62,500 nt of DNA, filler included, from Sphacelaria rigidula (GCA_964200075.2; 9 parts of 9 records of this genome joined end to end with filler, not necessarily neighbours in it), one strand, 5' to 3'; counted from the whole stretch's first letter, positions 47,419 through 61,576 are shown. Notes: a model not told the origin generated them from the letters alone. A program made the numbers and translations.

Positions 47419-50400
47419 ATTTCTAGCTGTACTATCTCTCCCTCTTGCTGTGTTATCGGCTGCAGGTGGACAGTTGATGGGCGTCGTTGGATGAAGAGAA
47501 GTAGATCTAGAGAGCTGTGCAGTGTGGTGTGACAAGGGAGGGTGGTGTTGTTCGTCGGTTATTATTTATTTATTTTGGCGCGAAGGTGGACGTTTTATAG
47601 TATGGTCATCATCCGTCAGAAAGTTCTGTGCGGTCATCAGACACTTGATTTTTTTGCGGCGCAACTCCTATCAGCATGAACGAGACTTGTTCCTGCTCGG
47701 CACTGTCAAGTAGAACGTCTGCAGGTTTCTTGTTGCAGCCAGCAGCCCGCTGCCTTACCCGCAACATGTTGCAGCACTGCATCTCACTGCGGTTGGATTC
47801 ATTGTCTTTCCTTCTGCATCGATCAGTGTTTACCCAACCAAGGTCTATCTAATAGACTACGAAGTCGCGTACCCTGCACGAGGATCTGCGCGCAACGGCT
47901 GCCTGGCAACATCGGAGGTGAGCCGTCCAACATGCAAGTAAGCAGCATATGGCACGGGTACATCAGCGTCTGATGTCTCATTCAGTCCTTGCATTTGGGG
48001 CGCCCCCGTCATGTTTTTTTTTGTGTGCGCAGACGCTCTGCTGCGGTTCAGTCGCACGTGTAGGCGCTTGCTTACATGCACACAGCACATGCTGGCGGCC
48101 GCTGTCACCGCAACGCGGCAAAACGCGGAACGTTTACAAGTACGAGCTGGGCCGGCCATCAGTGATTTTGAAACGAAGAGTGGAGATGCTTTTGGCAATT
48201 TGAAGAGTCAGGAGCTGAATTTTTGACACGATATTTTTATCATCAGTCTGCGCAACCCTGTGAGGGGTGCAGAGGAGACGAAAAAAAAAACGAAAGTTGG
48301 AGCGAGTTGAAGCTTCAGCAAAACAGGAAAATTGCTAAAACTTCCTCAAAAATTAATAAAAATGGTGACAACGCTGTGGCACGTACGGGCACTCGCGTCA
48401 ACCACATCGTTGTAAATTTTCAGGCAAAAATATGTAAAACTGGGCCTCGCGTGACACTTTTTGTGTGACCCCGGTGGTCAAACTGATAAAACAGCCTCAA
48501 ACGACACAGGTCACGAGTTCGAATCCCGACACGACAAAAACGTTTTTGTGTGCACGCTAATCGTGCATACTCTCTCGTACCTCTGGGTTGNNNNNNNNNN
48601 NNNNNNNNNNNNNNNNNNNNNNNNNNNNNNNNNNTTAATTAATTAANNNNNNNNNNNNNNNNNNNNNNNNNNNNNNNNNNNNNNNNNNNNCCCCCCATCG
48701 TAGGATGACTCTTCATGATGATGAGACCGTGTGACTGCCAGGTCAGGTCCTCTCATGAATCGCGATCACTCTCACTTGAAAAAACGGTACGCAAGTCAGA
48801 GCCAGCGAATGAACCAGGATACCGGGAGCCGAGTTTGAGATACCTCTAGTACGCTCATCGTCATGTATATCAGGCGTGCCGCGAGTGTGCTACGTCGTGT
48901 GATGACTCATCATTATAGCCTTTGTCGTGGAATTGAACACACACACCCCCGTTCCCCCCCCCTACCCCTCCTATATCGTAAAATTATACTACAAAAGTTA
49001 CTGGGCATTCAAGAGGAAGGTGGTGCTATCGCCAGCATCATAGACAATGACAGCCTAGAGAGAAAAAGGGGTTTGTTCACCTACCGAATGTTGCTACACC
49101 CATGATGATGTTGCTGGGAATGTAAAAAGAAATGAAGAACCTACCATCTCTGCTATGTGAGTGGTACCACACGGTAGGGGTGCACTTTGGGGCCAAAGAA
49201 GGTTGTCTGAGATTACAGACTTTGGCCCTGAAGTGAAGAGCCTCAGAAAAAAAATGTGCGCCCCTACCGTATAACCACTCCTGTCTATATCCAACAATAT
49301 TTTCGTGATTGAGAGTGAGAAGCGGTTAAATGAATGAATCGTTTCACTTACGAAATGTCCCTCCACGAGGCCCGACACGCCTTCTGTAGTGTAGCTTATT
49401 TTCACTGAAGCCTCATTCGATATCTCCGAGTAGGATGTCTACGTGTCGCTGTACAGCACACGCCAGTGCTACAAGCAAAGAAACCACATGCAGAATGATG
49501 AAATGATAAGTTAAAGCAAATGATAAAACTCACTCTCACTCAGCGCTTTACTCCCAATCTCACGCAAACATTGTCATCCGTTCGTTGTTCGTGCCGTTGC
49601 CCGAAGCAAGAAGGTCAAGGGACAAGCACCAACGGGTCTCAACAATCACTCGAGGGGAATGTGACAGCCTGAAAAGTAAATATTTTGAAACCGAAAGCTT
49701 CGCGCCAACAGGTAACACCAGCAACACCTTAGCGCGTACGTGTCCGCTACACTTGCTTCAGGGCGTGGATCGTTCGGAAACCTCCAAGGAGGATATTCTA
49801 AACCTCTGAACACATCGAATTCCCTTCAGCCAACGCCATGTCTTCACCACCCAGGTAAGAGAAGGCGCCAGTTTTGAACTCGATCATAGATGACGGGGTA
49901 TAACACCCCCTACTCACCCGGCGCGCCGGCGCGCGCGTATGATGAATTTTTCGGATTGTGATGTTCTGTATGAATGCGCTGGTCATACAACATGGCGCGC
50001 CGTACAGCTCGTGGCTGTAGAATAAAAAGGATATATCGCTTATCAAAACCGATTGAGCAGGGTTTTCTTCCCAAGCAATCGAGATTTTGAAAACACCCTG
50101 CGCTAGTCCAAGGCCGGGATCGATCGGCAGCGTTTCACATGGCAAGCACCCAGCCCCATCTAGGGAACGAACTGCTTATCCATTATGTTGCATGCATCCT
50201 TGCCCATGCATCGTGTGTGTTGTGACAGTGTGGCTGTAGCGTGTGCGATCTGTGGCGTGCAGTTACAGGGCTCAGACAGGCATTCCAATACATAGCCAAA
50301 AGCACTCTCAAAACACATCGCGACCGGCCGTGCCCCTCAACGTAGCTGACAGAGAGCTTGCTGCGTTCGGCCGCTTTGCACCCTCACCAAATGACCCAGT

Positions 50401-52788
50401 CGAGCACAGCTTCCGGCTAAGACTCGGGGTGGGTTCGGTATGCAAGCTTTGGCCTTCGTCGTCTTGCTCTCTCCGACGCGCGCCTTGATGTGCTCACCGA
50501 CGCGACGAAGCATAGAGGGCAATCATGAATTATTTGTGTCTGCGGGGAGGAGCCCTCCTGACTGAATCAACGAGCCGCAAAGGTGCCCCTCCCAGGATCA
50601 GGGGTACTACTGTTGTACTGTGTACTGTACTGTACGTACTGTACCGTACTAACGAGAGTAATAGACGAACCGGCGATCGAATCACTGCATCGTCGGTAAG
50701 GGGGTGAGTGAAGTCATGGTGATACTTATGCGAGAAGCTTGTGAAACATGCGTACCAGTGCTGTACTGGTGAAATTTGAAAAATATGTTGAAACAGACTT
50801 CGAGACAAATATAATAGTGGAACATGTTCGTGTTACTGTACGGTAGGACCACTGTTGAATTCGGTACAGTACTGACAAGAAAATTTGATGACTTACGAAC
50901 ACTTGCGAACGCTACGGTGTACACACAGCAGCTAGCCGAAACGCTGCGTTGCAGTCCGAACGTTTTGGATTACGCCAAAAATCAAGTCTCGGAGAAAAAG
51001 TAAAGCCGCTTCGTCGTCAGAAAAGTCTTGGCGCGTCCAAAAAGACTTGTAAATTCTGAATTCTCCGAAAAAACGGTGCCGATGAGAAAGGGTCTTGCTG
51101 TTGCCAAAACGTTCCCTGTATGCCGTAGTGAGTGAAATCTGGGCGCGCCGGGGAAGCATGATGAAGTCGGAGGATACCTCAGCTGTAAATCACTCGTGCA
51201 TAGTATGTCATGATTCCGATGGATGATCAGTGATGAGTTTTCGGAGTTTTTTTTGCGCCATAACAGGACTCAGAGTACTTCACTGGAGTGCGTCGTATAT
51301 CACCCCGCCCTCCGCTGAAAAGGACTCCCCGGTGGCTTACACCGTTTTTTAGGCGAAGTGATGCCGTTCACAGATCGCCACCGAATTGATGGTTTTGTTT
51401 TGCGCTAGGTGTAGCGCTCGGATTCTAGTAGGCACAGGCGCCGAATATAGACAAATTGATGACAGTTTTTTTTTTCATCTATCCCTGTGATGAAAACCAT
51501 TGTACATGTGTGATTTAGCCATGATCCGGAGGAGAAAGTGAACCTCACCCTCGCTATCGCGGGAGTGCTCCCTCGCGTTCCGTGCTGTGTTTTCATCCTC
51601 AACGAGGAACAGATGATGTCTGCAGGTTAACTGGTATATAATGCATCATAGATTTGATTTGGTCGTACCGGGCGATAGCCGAATTGTGCAATATTTTGCA
51701 TTCCTAGTATCTCAAAAGAGGGGGTGCATCGGAGAGTAAGCGCTTGTCGGATACTACCACTGTAGTATGCAGAACTTGACGCACGCTCTCGCGAAGGGTT
51801 CAAATGTGATGTGCGTGCTGACTTTGACATACTTTCCGTCATATTTTTGCGCTCTGCTGCCGGCAATCCGTTTACCCAAGAGTTGAAATCGTTTCGCAGG
51901 CCACGCGTACCTTGACGCAGTCTGTGGCGAAATCGGCACGGTCATTATTTCCGTCACATTGGCTCAATCTCTCGAACCCGCAGTCACAGGGTGCAAGGAG
52001 CATACCATACATACCCATGTATCAAGCAGCCAAAAGAGGAAGGCAAGAAACGAAACATCGATTGAAGACTTCGCTCACGAAAAAAGGCGCCTACACTCCG
52101 TAAGGGGCCGATTGAACTACAGGTGACATACTGAAAGCTAAACGTCCCGGCGTGCGACCTCTCCGGTTGCCTTGCCACGTATCGGTGTCTACAGGGTGTT
52201 GTAACAACTAGTGAGCAGGTAATCGAAATGCCACAGAGGACAGGAACCGACCCAAAATTGATTTACTGTCGAGAGTGTTGTTCAAAGAGATCCTCTATAG
52301 AGCCTGCGCACTGGAGACTATACAATGTGAGATGAAGAAATCCAAAAAAAGACTAAAATGACTAAAAACAAAGACCAGCCGATGGCAACGGGAAGCAAAC
52401 ACGAAGAAATATGTTCTCCCTTGGGTTGTAGTCAAGTAGCATCATCATGGAGACACCACAACAGTCAGGGCGTGTCTAGCCTACACACGACGCAGCGCTA
52501 TCAGAACAAAAAAAATCGGTCCAGAATGTCTTAATGTTCAACTACGAAAACACAGTGCCAAACAGTTTTCAACGTACAGTCACACGGGAAAAAGAAGCCC
52601 ACATTTGCCAAGTACGCATACACACCTGAAATGTCACGAATCACGTGCATTTTGCTTTACATTCACAAGTGGATAAGTGGGGTTGTGGGGGAAGGGGGCA
52701 GGATTTTTTGTGAATAGCGCACCGAGCATTCGAGTATTTTCACAATTGTTTATTTCTCTTCCTTCACGGCGAAACCGAACCCCGGCAG

Positions 52789-53110
52789 GAGGAGGCGGCG
52801 CCTGGCTGCTGCCGACGACTCTCCCACCTCGGAGGCAGGGAGCACCCAGCTAGAAGGCGCAGACACCCTGCTGGATGATAACAATACGCTGGGCGATGGC
52901 GGCGACGGAGACACTCTCCAAGAAGGTGCTCAGCAACGCGTCGCAGCGGGAGCGAACGGCACTCAGAGCGGCGGTCGTGAAGAGGAGGAAGAGGAGGAAG
53001 ATGACGGTGAGCTCTCGGACCCACCCCCTATGGAGTATGAGGCTGCAAACGACCGCGAGATTGATGAAGATCCTGACAATGATGATGGCGCCGGGGCGGG
53101 TGCAGAAGAG
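52789..53110 (+). CDS. MCM2: MCM2 N-terminal acidic/disordered exon
   Basis: Pyrimidine tract and ggcAG / gag|GTATGT; RRRRLAAADDSPTSEAGSTQLE..EEEEEEEDDGELSDPPPMEYE..GAEE; phase 0 joins the MCM2 exon at 54880. Confidence 0.75.
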
Positions 53111-53377
53111 GTATGTGAGTGTGTGTGCGTGTGTGTGTGTTTGTGTATTTTCTGGGGTAGCAGGGGCCCTGACCCAAACCTATCCTGTTTTGTTGCTCTT
53201 GAGTCTCGCGGGTGGAGGTGGGGGATTGAAGCCAACCCCCAACACACGTGCACGAGGCTGATGAAAAAATTGCCGTGCACCCAAGTATTATTTACTAGAA
53301 GGCGTATTGAATTGCCCCCGAATCGTACGCGTTGTTATCAATGCATGCATATGTAATCCTCTTGATGCACTGCTAAA

Positions 53378-53721
53378 GTCGGTCGCCCCGGTTGCTTGGT
53401 TGGTATCCTCGAAACCTCCCGATGGCTGGGGCGCGTTTTCGAATCTCGGTGAAGTAAAATGATCTGTGATTTTTCCTCACATCATGCCCAACAGTGGAGC
53501 GCGACCATGTCGTGGGTACACGAAATTCTGCTTTCACAGTCGGCGAAGGCAAGAGACCGCTGAAACCCTCTCGCAATGAAAAAAAAGGTGAGCACCGCAG
53601 AGGGAAGGTGTAGTAAAATAAAACGAAAGAGAAAACTCCTGTGTGACCCCGGCTGATACGTGCACCCAAACCGGAAGGTATAGGCTGGCGGCCAGCATAG
53701 ATGGGATGACAGCACACACAC
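53378..53721 (+). mobile_element. Full-length SINE, family A, with TSD, in an MCM2 intron
   Basis: Head gtcggtcgccccggttgcttggttggta, (AC)n tail; flanks cactgctaaa (53368-53377) and cactgcaaa (53722-53730). Confidence 0.85.
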
Positions 53722-54879
53722 CACTGCAAATCATTCTGGAAATATTCAACCGCGGCAGCGTTCGTACATGAAAAACGAGTCACTGAGGGACACACTGGCG
53801 AAAATCCGTTTTAGTTGACTGCCACGTACGTAGCCCATTACCCGATGCATATCGCAGCAAACATATGTCTCGTGATGGTGGTTGAAGGATTTCTGCCCAC
53901 TGTTGCGCCTGCGCTGAAGCGTGCTGTCTCCTTAAACAAGCAGAGGGCCGGTACCGCGGCCCAATTCACAGCCGGCCTCGCTCTGAGAATTCCAACATAT
54001 TTTGAAGTGCGATGTTTTGTATGGAGAACCGCGAATAGATTCTAGGAAAGAGGGGGATAATTTCGAAGAACGGCTTGTTTTCCCTCTTTCTTTCTTGTAC
54101 AAATGGCAAGACTCTTGCTACGAAAAAGTTGCAAGGTGCGTTGCACTGTGAATTGCCGGCTTGTCAGGTAGCGTTGTACTGGGCGAGGTGGAGCAGGAGC
54201 AACCCCTTCGAATCTAACACACGCTGCTTTTGTTCTTGTACGGCCCCCTTACCGGAAGCCATGCGACAGGAGCCGGGCGCTGTTATTGTTGTTCTTGGTG
54301 TGGTTATTGGTGTCGGTGTTGTTGATGTTGTTGCTGTCGTGATTGTGGCTAGATTCATGGCAGACCATTCAATGTGCGACCATCACTCAATCAATCAATC
54401 AACCAATCGAAAAATGATCTCACTTAGCCGCGTCGTTCGTTACGTACGTCACATGCTACATATGCACGTTGTATACCACCCCCTTGAATACCACCCATTT
54501 TTGATGCGTTCCGGCTGGTGTTGGCGCCATATCGACATCTGCAGTACTATACCGGGATATATTGTTTATCGCACACCCACATATCACCCCTGGACGAGAA
54601 TATTTTGGCCCCGAAAGGCTATCACCCGGGGGTGGTAAACACCATGACTTACAGTATACCATATTTTGCCCCCGCTTGTTCTACGGCGCACACGACGCGA
54701 TTCTTCGCCTACCCAACGAGAATAAAAGCACGCAACTCGAAAATTGATCACGAGGAAGCGGTGTTACATTCGACGGGAACCCACAGTCCCCGTCGCCCCC
54801 GGTCGCTCTGAAACTGAAACGCATACCGTGCGGTCGTTTTCCATTCGCTTTTGCCGAACGGAACAAACGTAACATGCAG

Positions 54880-55037
54880 GAAGAGGGAGAGGACATCATG
54901 GACATGGATCGCATTGATGCCGATTACGTGGCTATCCCAGAGCTGGATCGCTATGATGACGCTGACCTGGACCGGCGGGAATACGGAACGATGGACCATG
55001 GTGATAGAAGGGCGGCCGAGAGGGAGCTAGCGGAAAG
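54880..55037 (+). CDS. MCM2: MCM2 exon encoding the histone-binding domain
   Basis: atgcAG / ag|GTGAAT; EEGEDIMDMDRIDADYVAIPELDRYDDADLDRREYGTMDHGDRRAAERELAE matches the MCM2 motif GE.L.....DY..IPELD.Y....L.......R.AAE. Confidence 0.92.
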
Positions 55038-55713
55038 GTGAATTTTTTTATCCTCTATGCTGCCGCGCTCCCGCGCATCCGGTGGTGTAAGGTAAAACGT
55101 CTATCCGAAACCTGCTAGAGCGGAAGGTTGAGATTTCGAATCATAGCGGATTCACCTTTTTCTCTTGTTTTTGGTTGGGAGTATCGTATTCCCCGTCGAT
55201 GGCGACGCGACACACCCTGGATAATGACAGAAGATTGCACTGCCAACAAGTGTACTGCGTACAGTATCCACTGTTGTGTTTACTGCAACAGATATTATTA
55301 TATACCGTGCTGTACGCAGTACTGGTACATTATTTTACAATGCAATGGTCATTATGCAGGGTGGGCAACGCGAGGGCATGAGTAGCGAAGAAACTTTTTT
55401 GACCAAAGTCGACGTGACACAGGAATGCTGTGCGGTATCAATGTGTGTAAGACGTGCTTTGGGGGGGGGGGGGGGGGGGGTGGTTCCTTTTGTTTTGGTT
55501 TGGTCGTTGTTCCTCCATTCCCCCCCCCCCCTTTTTGCGGTGCGGNNNNNNNNNNNNNNNNNNNNNNNNNNNNNNNNNNNNNNNNNNNNTTAATTAATTA
55601 ANNNNNNNNNNNNNNNNNNNNNNNNNNNNNNNNNNNNNNNNNNNNGAAGCGACGTGATGTGTTCGGCGAGTCGCATGAAGGGTGAGCTGCATCATGCTAA
55701 AATTGTTCGGCCC

Positions 55714-55973
55714 TGTGACGCCAGCGGGTTGCTAGCACTGCAGCGTCTAATGCAGTTGAGGGACTCCCCAGTTCCACTGGCCTCAGGTTTCAGTTGTTGG
55801 CCTTCACAACACCTTTTATTATCCTGGAGTGCCACCCATGGCACATACGCTCCATAACCCACATCAGGGCATCACCCCTGTGTCCATGTCATCATCCATA
55901 TCATCATTACAGATCCCAAGTCATCATCCATATCATCGCTACATACTCAACGTGACGGCGTGATTTCGTCGTA
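55714..55973 (-). repeat. 3' LTR (260 bp)
   Basis: Direct repeat of 61329-61576; preceded on the minus strand by G-rich tttgggggtac (possible PPT); AATAAA on the minus strand. Confidence 0.93.
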
Positions 55974-56052
55974 GTACCCCCAAAGCGCGTTGGACGAGAA
56001 TCGAGCAACAAGCTTGACACTCAGAAAAATAACGCCAAAACGGTTGAGCAAG

Positions 56053-59000
56053 TCACAACTGGATGCCAAACTCACGCGCAATGCGAGCAGCAATGGAACG
56101 AGTCACTCGCACCTTACGCAACTCTTTTTTGAGAAATTCCGGAGCGGCCTCAAAAATATTTTTCAAAGGCTCCCACGTACGCTCCTCGACTTCAAAACCA
56201 AGTCAGTCGACCAACACCACCAACGAACGATCCTCTGCCTCTGCCACGCGAACAATCACAGCGATCTGAAATTGCCCCTGGTCGAAAGCGTGCTGAAACT
56301 CATCCTTCACGTCTGCCGTTACATTAAGCTGTGAGTCTGCATAAAAACGCAGGCGAGATACAAGGGCGGTCTGAACACGACCCGAAACAATGTTTTGGAT
56401 CTCAAAGACATGCTCATCAATTCAGGCGTAACTCCCGGGCGACGCACGCGTGCATACAAAACATAATCGCCTACCTCGAAATTCGGCAATTCCAGCCCCG
56501 ACGAAGACCCCTCACGTCTACGCGCACGTTCAGCGGCAGCACGCTCCTGCACTTGAACGTGGAAACTTTCCTGCAACTCCACAACTCCTTGCAACGCACG
56601 CTTTAGTTGCGCATCGTCCAAGGCATCACAGTTACACTCCTCCGCCGATGAGGACGCCAACACCGAGAAAGACCTCCGAGGTGCACGACCAAACATCATG
56701 TGATACGGCACACTATCGTACCGACGGCGATATGCTGTATTCAGCGCCCATTGCACAGCGGGCAACACGTCCACCCACTCGGTCACCTCTCGAAGCTGCT
56801 CGAGAAGAATAGATCGAAGAGCACCAACTACTGTCTTGACCATGCATTCGCACGTACCGTTACACCACGGCGAATATGCCACCGCAAACCGGTGATCAAT
56901 GTGTAATGCCTCTCGCAAGCGGGTCAGGATCGTGTTCTTGAAATGCATGGCGGTATCACTCACCCACATACGCGGCACCCCCAAAGGTTTGCACCAACTC
57001 AGCAAAGATACAGCGGTCGATTCGGCAGTACACACTGCTACTGGTTCCAGAGCCACAAAGTTGCTCAAATCATCCATAATTACCAAAATGTACCCAAATC
57101 CAGCATCCTCCGACAAACCTTGGGAAGCTAGCGGGCCACTCTCGCCCACGTACAAGATGTCAAAATGAACGACTTTATTCGGCGTGGTCCCATGGACCGT
57201 TTTACCGGGCGGGCGGGGAACAACACCACCTACCCTCGAATCAGCACAGTGAAGACACTGTCGGAGAGACTCGCGCACCTGAGTTTCCATTTTCTGCCAA
57301 ACACAAAACTCTTGCAAGCGCACGAGCGTCGCAGCCACACCGCGATGCTCGGCATCGCGCATGTGCGCACAAATCATCAAACGTATGTGCAATTGTTTGT
57401 CGGAGCTGGGAATCCACAACACGTTTTGTCCACGTACATGCACACGACACAAACCTTCATTGTCCAAAATCGCAGTACCAACATCCGACTCGAAAGATCG
57501 CACATCCGCATCAGTGGCCCCAAGTTCTTCCCGTTGAGCTTGGCGGACCACAGATTTCGATGGCATCGAATCACCCGCTTCACACGGACCAGATACAATC
57601 ACAGCTCGCGCGGGCAAAGTGGGAACATTTACCCAGCGCGACAAGTCACCCCACGCGTAACGTTCACCCTAAAATATGACTAGTCGCGTACCGATACTGG
57701 CCTAATGCACCTTTCCACCCCTCCAATCGTTGTGCCAACGCCTTCGACACAGACGTCAAGCATGCCTCCGGGTTGGAAATGTACGCTAGATTGCGGTGAT
57801 CGATGAAAATGTGCACGCCATTCCACTATAGATGCTCGAGACGACGAAAAGTGCTCACGGTAGCAGAACCTTTCTTGTCAATGGTTGCTCAACGCATCTG
57901 TGAACCCTTGAAATTACCACGAAGAAAAGTCAGCGGTTCATGCGTCATGTCTTCAACCGGCAACCGTTGTTGCATTTCTGCATCCGGCACCTACGATACA
58001 AAACTACCCCAATGACGCTCGGATGCATCCGGAAACATCAGCACCTGGCAACCGGGGCGGGGATGGAACAGCGTCACGGCATGAGCCACCAGATCCTTCG
58101 CTTCCGCCCATACCTGCAGCCTGTCCTCCGTCTACGAAGCGGACGGAATAACGCGGTTTTTGGCCACCCGCTTCGTGCGCCCTGCAGCTCCCACCATGAG
58201 TTCTTCTAGGAAAATGCGAAAAGGAGCCACTATCTCGGGCATACGTGGCAACGAGGTACGCAACCAGTTCATTGCGTGCAGGCATTGCATTAGCTCTGCT
58301 GCTGTTTCTGGACGCCGCATGTCAGGCAAACCTTGCAAGCGGACCGGGTCATGCGAGACGTGACCTACTTTCCCACACCACACTAACCCGCTAGCAAAAA
58401 AGGTACACTTGTGAGCAGCTGCAAGCAGACCAACACTCTCCAAGCGGGCCAAGATTGTATCAAGCGTATCCAACAGTTCGTCTTCCGTACCCGCAAAGCA
58501 AAAGACATCAGCCACCCAGATCTTGCATTTCAAGCCGTCTAAAAGGTCTACCATGACACCTTGAAAATAGTAAGTAGCATTCAACATGCCTTGCGGTACT
58601 CGTTGCGGGGTAAACATGCCAAACGGAGTCGTGATGGTGAATATCTCTTGCGTCTCTTCGGCCAACGGCATCTGCCAGAACCCCTGTAGGAGGTCCAACT
58701 TACCGAAGCATCATGCGCTCAAGAGGTATATCATGTCGGATTCCTGATTGGGCATGACACCCGACGACTCCTGCACCTGATCATTGACGGCTTCGTAACC
58801 GCTGACAAGACGGAAAAATCCTTCTTCGGCACCGCCATCGCTGGACTGGACCACACCGCCTGTAGATTCCTGAACACCAACCCAAACGCCACAAGAGCTC
58901 CCATGCAAGAGGCTAACCAACTGGACTTTATCGGATCATACCTCCTTGGTTTTGCCTTCACCGCGGCCGCCCTTCGATTCAGTGTAACCCTCATGGATCA

Positions 59001-59800
59001 TACGCGCGCAGGGGGATCACCTATCAGCGCACGACGAAACGCATTGACGTGGCGATACAATATGCCACGCAAGCGCTCCGCTTTTGAGACGTTGAGGTCA
59101 TTTGCCACAGCATCCGTCACGCTTTCCTCCAGCGCAGCCATTCGCGCGGACTCCTCTTCTGCCGGCTCCATAAGCATATCGGGGCCACGCTCCACTAAGA
59201 GTTCCACCGCCTCATCACGCTCCTCGGACACCTGCCCCCTCGCCTCCTAGAGAGCATCAACCGCCAATCTCACTCTGCGACTGGCCAAAAAAGCCGGCGT
59301 CTCGACACTCGAACCGGGCGACGGCATTTGCGTTTTTAGGGACTCTAACAGCCGATCATACGGGTCGAATCCGAGTCCCCACAACATCGGTAAGCCCAAC
59401 AGAACGACACCACCCGTCCCCGGCATGATCGCGAACGATATCAGGGGTAAATTCGCCGGCCCCCAGGTCATCCTGAACGCCAAGTGTAGGGGAATCGTAC
59501 GCTCCGTGACATTAACACGTTGCCCCGATGCGGGGATGGCCTGCCGCGCCCCGAGCGAAGACGGAATGCGGATTTGCTCACCAGGAAGTAGACGCTCCAG
59601 CATCTCCACAATCAGCACCGACATGCTCGTGAAATGGGCGCCTGAATCCAACACAGCCAATATGGCTCCCCGCGCCCGTTGATTTGGGAGATACAACTCT
59701 GCAGGAATATACTTTGCTTGATACTCGACCGGCACCTGCTCCGCCGACTGTTTTGTCGTGATACACGCTTGGCGCCACGGCTGCGCGTGCGGCGCAGGCA
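56053..59800 (-). pseudogene. pol: Gypsy pol: protease, RT, RNase H, integrase and chromodomain, with stops and frameshifts
   Basis: PR AVLDSGAHFTSM; RT DLLQGFWQMPL..VPQGMLNA..IWVADVF (catalytic DD damaged); RNase H FIDHRNLAYI; IN H..H..C..C, HFDILY, VSDTAMHF, NGTCE; chromodomain VLVD*LGFEVEERTWEPLKNIFE ending at TGA 56053. Confidence 0.93.
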
Positions 59801-61030
59801 TAGACGCCCCCGCTGGGTTAACCGGCACCGCCGGCGGGTACGAAGCCCCTCCCGCAGAACCAAATTGCAGCGGTACTCCGGCCGACGCAGCAGCGGATCC
59901 AAATTTCAGCTGAAATCCGGCCGGCTCGGCAGCAGGCGTCTTGCCTTGCTCTGCTGCCGGCGGCGCCAGCACCGAGCCCGACACTAGAGTGGTCGGTCCC
60001 ACCTGCACCGCCCGTTGCGGAGCAGAAGCCCCTACGGCTGTGCCGGACCCAGAACGGGACCCCTGCTGACATCGCTGCCCCTGCTGTTGCTGCTGCTGCT
60101 GGAAACTCGACTGCACACCTCCACCGCTGGAGGATCCGCCTCCGCCACCACCCAGACTACCTTTTCCTCCTTTGTGATTGCGAGGGCGCGCGGCACTTGT
60201 CTGCCCAGACTCCCCCTCGGAAGGCGTTGGGCACTTGCGTGCGTTGTGGCCTACCTGGCCACACTGAAAGCAAGTGATATTGGCGGCGGCACTGCCTGCG
60301 GATTTTGATCCGGGGTTACGCGAGCTCGAAGACTGCGACGACGAAGTGGATGATTTCCCGAATACTTTCATCTTCCGCCATACCTGAGCCTCAGCCACCA
60401 CGGTATCCATAACTAAGTACGGGTCTGATTTCCAATTGGTTTCGTGCTGTAATTGCACAAGCACGGCCTGTTTGAATTCCGCCGGTGCCAGACCCTCCAT
60501 CATCGCTTTCATGATCACTGCAGCGGGCCCTGGACGGAATTTCTCATCGGAGGAACGATAAACTATCTCGACGCTGGGGTTTTCCAAAAAAATGTCTCCA
60601 ACTTTCCCATGATTGGCTCGACCCTCTCACGCATGGTCTTCCCCTTGTGGTTCATGGCGACAGCCTTCGCCACCGCCGCGAACGCCTGGGTTAGCTCTAC
60701 CTCCACGCCCGCCGCATGCCCTGCATGCTTCTTGATCGCTGCAGCCAGTTGCAGCGTTATTGTGTTCTTCTCGTGGAATCTTCTCGCAAAAACGCGTTGG
60801 GGGGGGGTAGGCACGAGTTGCGCCATGGATACCACCTGATGTCTTACCGCACCCCCCGCATTCGCATGCTCCACCTGCTTCTTGTATTTCACGGATTTCG
60901 TATAAAACGAACGAGAAGCACACTCAGGATACAAATTACTGCAATTGGGAGGCCGCAACTCTTCTTTCAGAACAACTGGGGCTACGGTCGTCTCCGCTGA
61001 CTCTTCGGTCGGTACTTCTGTAGTCGACAT
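59801..61030 (-). pseudogene. gag: Gypsy gag with CCHC zinc knuckle
   Basis: ATG at 61030, frameshift near 60585, CFQCGQVGHNARKC knuckle, continuing in frame into the protease. Confidence 0.85.
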
Positions 61031-61328
61031 TTCCGAGCGGACCTAATCAACGGCTTCTGAACCTTCTCGAACTCCACAATTCACACCTGCCTTCGTCACC
61101 GCACCACACAGCCGTGGGGTCCTATGAACACCCGATGCACGCAGCTCCAGCAAGTCTTCAGTCTGGATCAATCACGGGCCAGTCGCCTTTGCAGCTACCT
61201 CAGCTTGAACCCTCCTCACGCGTCCGTGAAGCAATATGTCCGAAGCTGTCCAGACTTCTCTCTGTTGAAAAAAATGCAGCAGTCACCGACGACAGCACTA
61301 CTAGAACGACTAGCACTAATATCGATAT

Positions 61329-61576
61329 TGTGACGCCAGCAGGTTGCTAGTACTGCAGCGTCTAATGCTGTTGAGGGACTCCCCACTTCCACTGGCCTCA
61401 GGTTTCAGTTGTTAGCCTTCACAACACCTTTTATTATCCCGGAGTGCCATCCAGGCACATGCTCCATAACCCACATCAGGGTACCACCCCTGTGTCCATG
61501 TCGTCATGACTACAGATCCCAAGTCATCATCCATATCATCACTATATACTCAACGTGACGGCGTGATTTCGTCTCA
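61329..61576 (-). repeat. 5' LTR (248 bp)
   Basis: TGTGACG...CGTCTCA termini (TG..CA, short inverted repeat); about 15 substitutions and 3 indels versus the other LTR by hand alignment. Confidence 0.93.

Larger units (their letters stand above)
55714..61576 (-). mobile_element. Ty3/Gypsy LTR retrotransposon with chromodomain; full length, decayed
   Basis: Two LTRs bracket gag-PR-RT-RNaseH-IN-chromo in Gypsy order. Confidence 0.95.

Noticed and set aside
56331..60308. Plus-strand ORFs across the Gypsy element
   Set aside because: Antisense shadows of the GC-rich gag-pol sequence.
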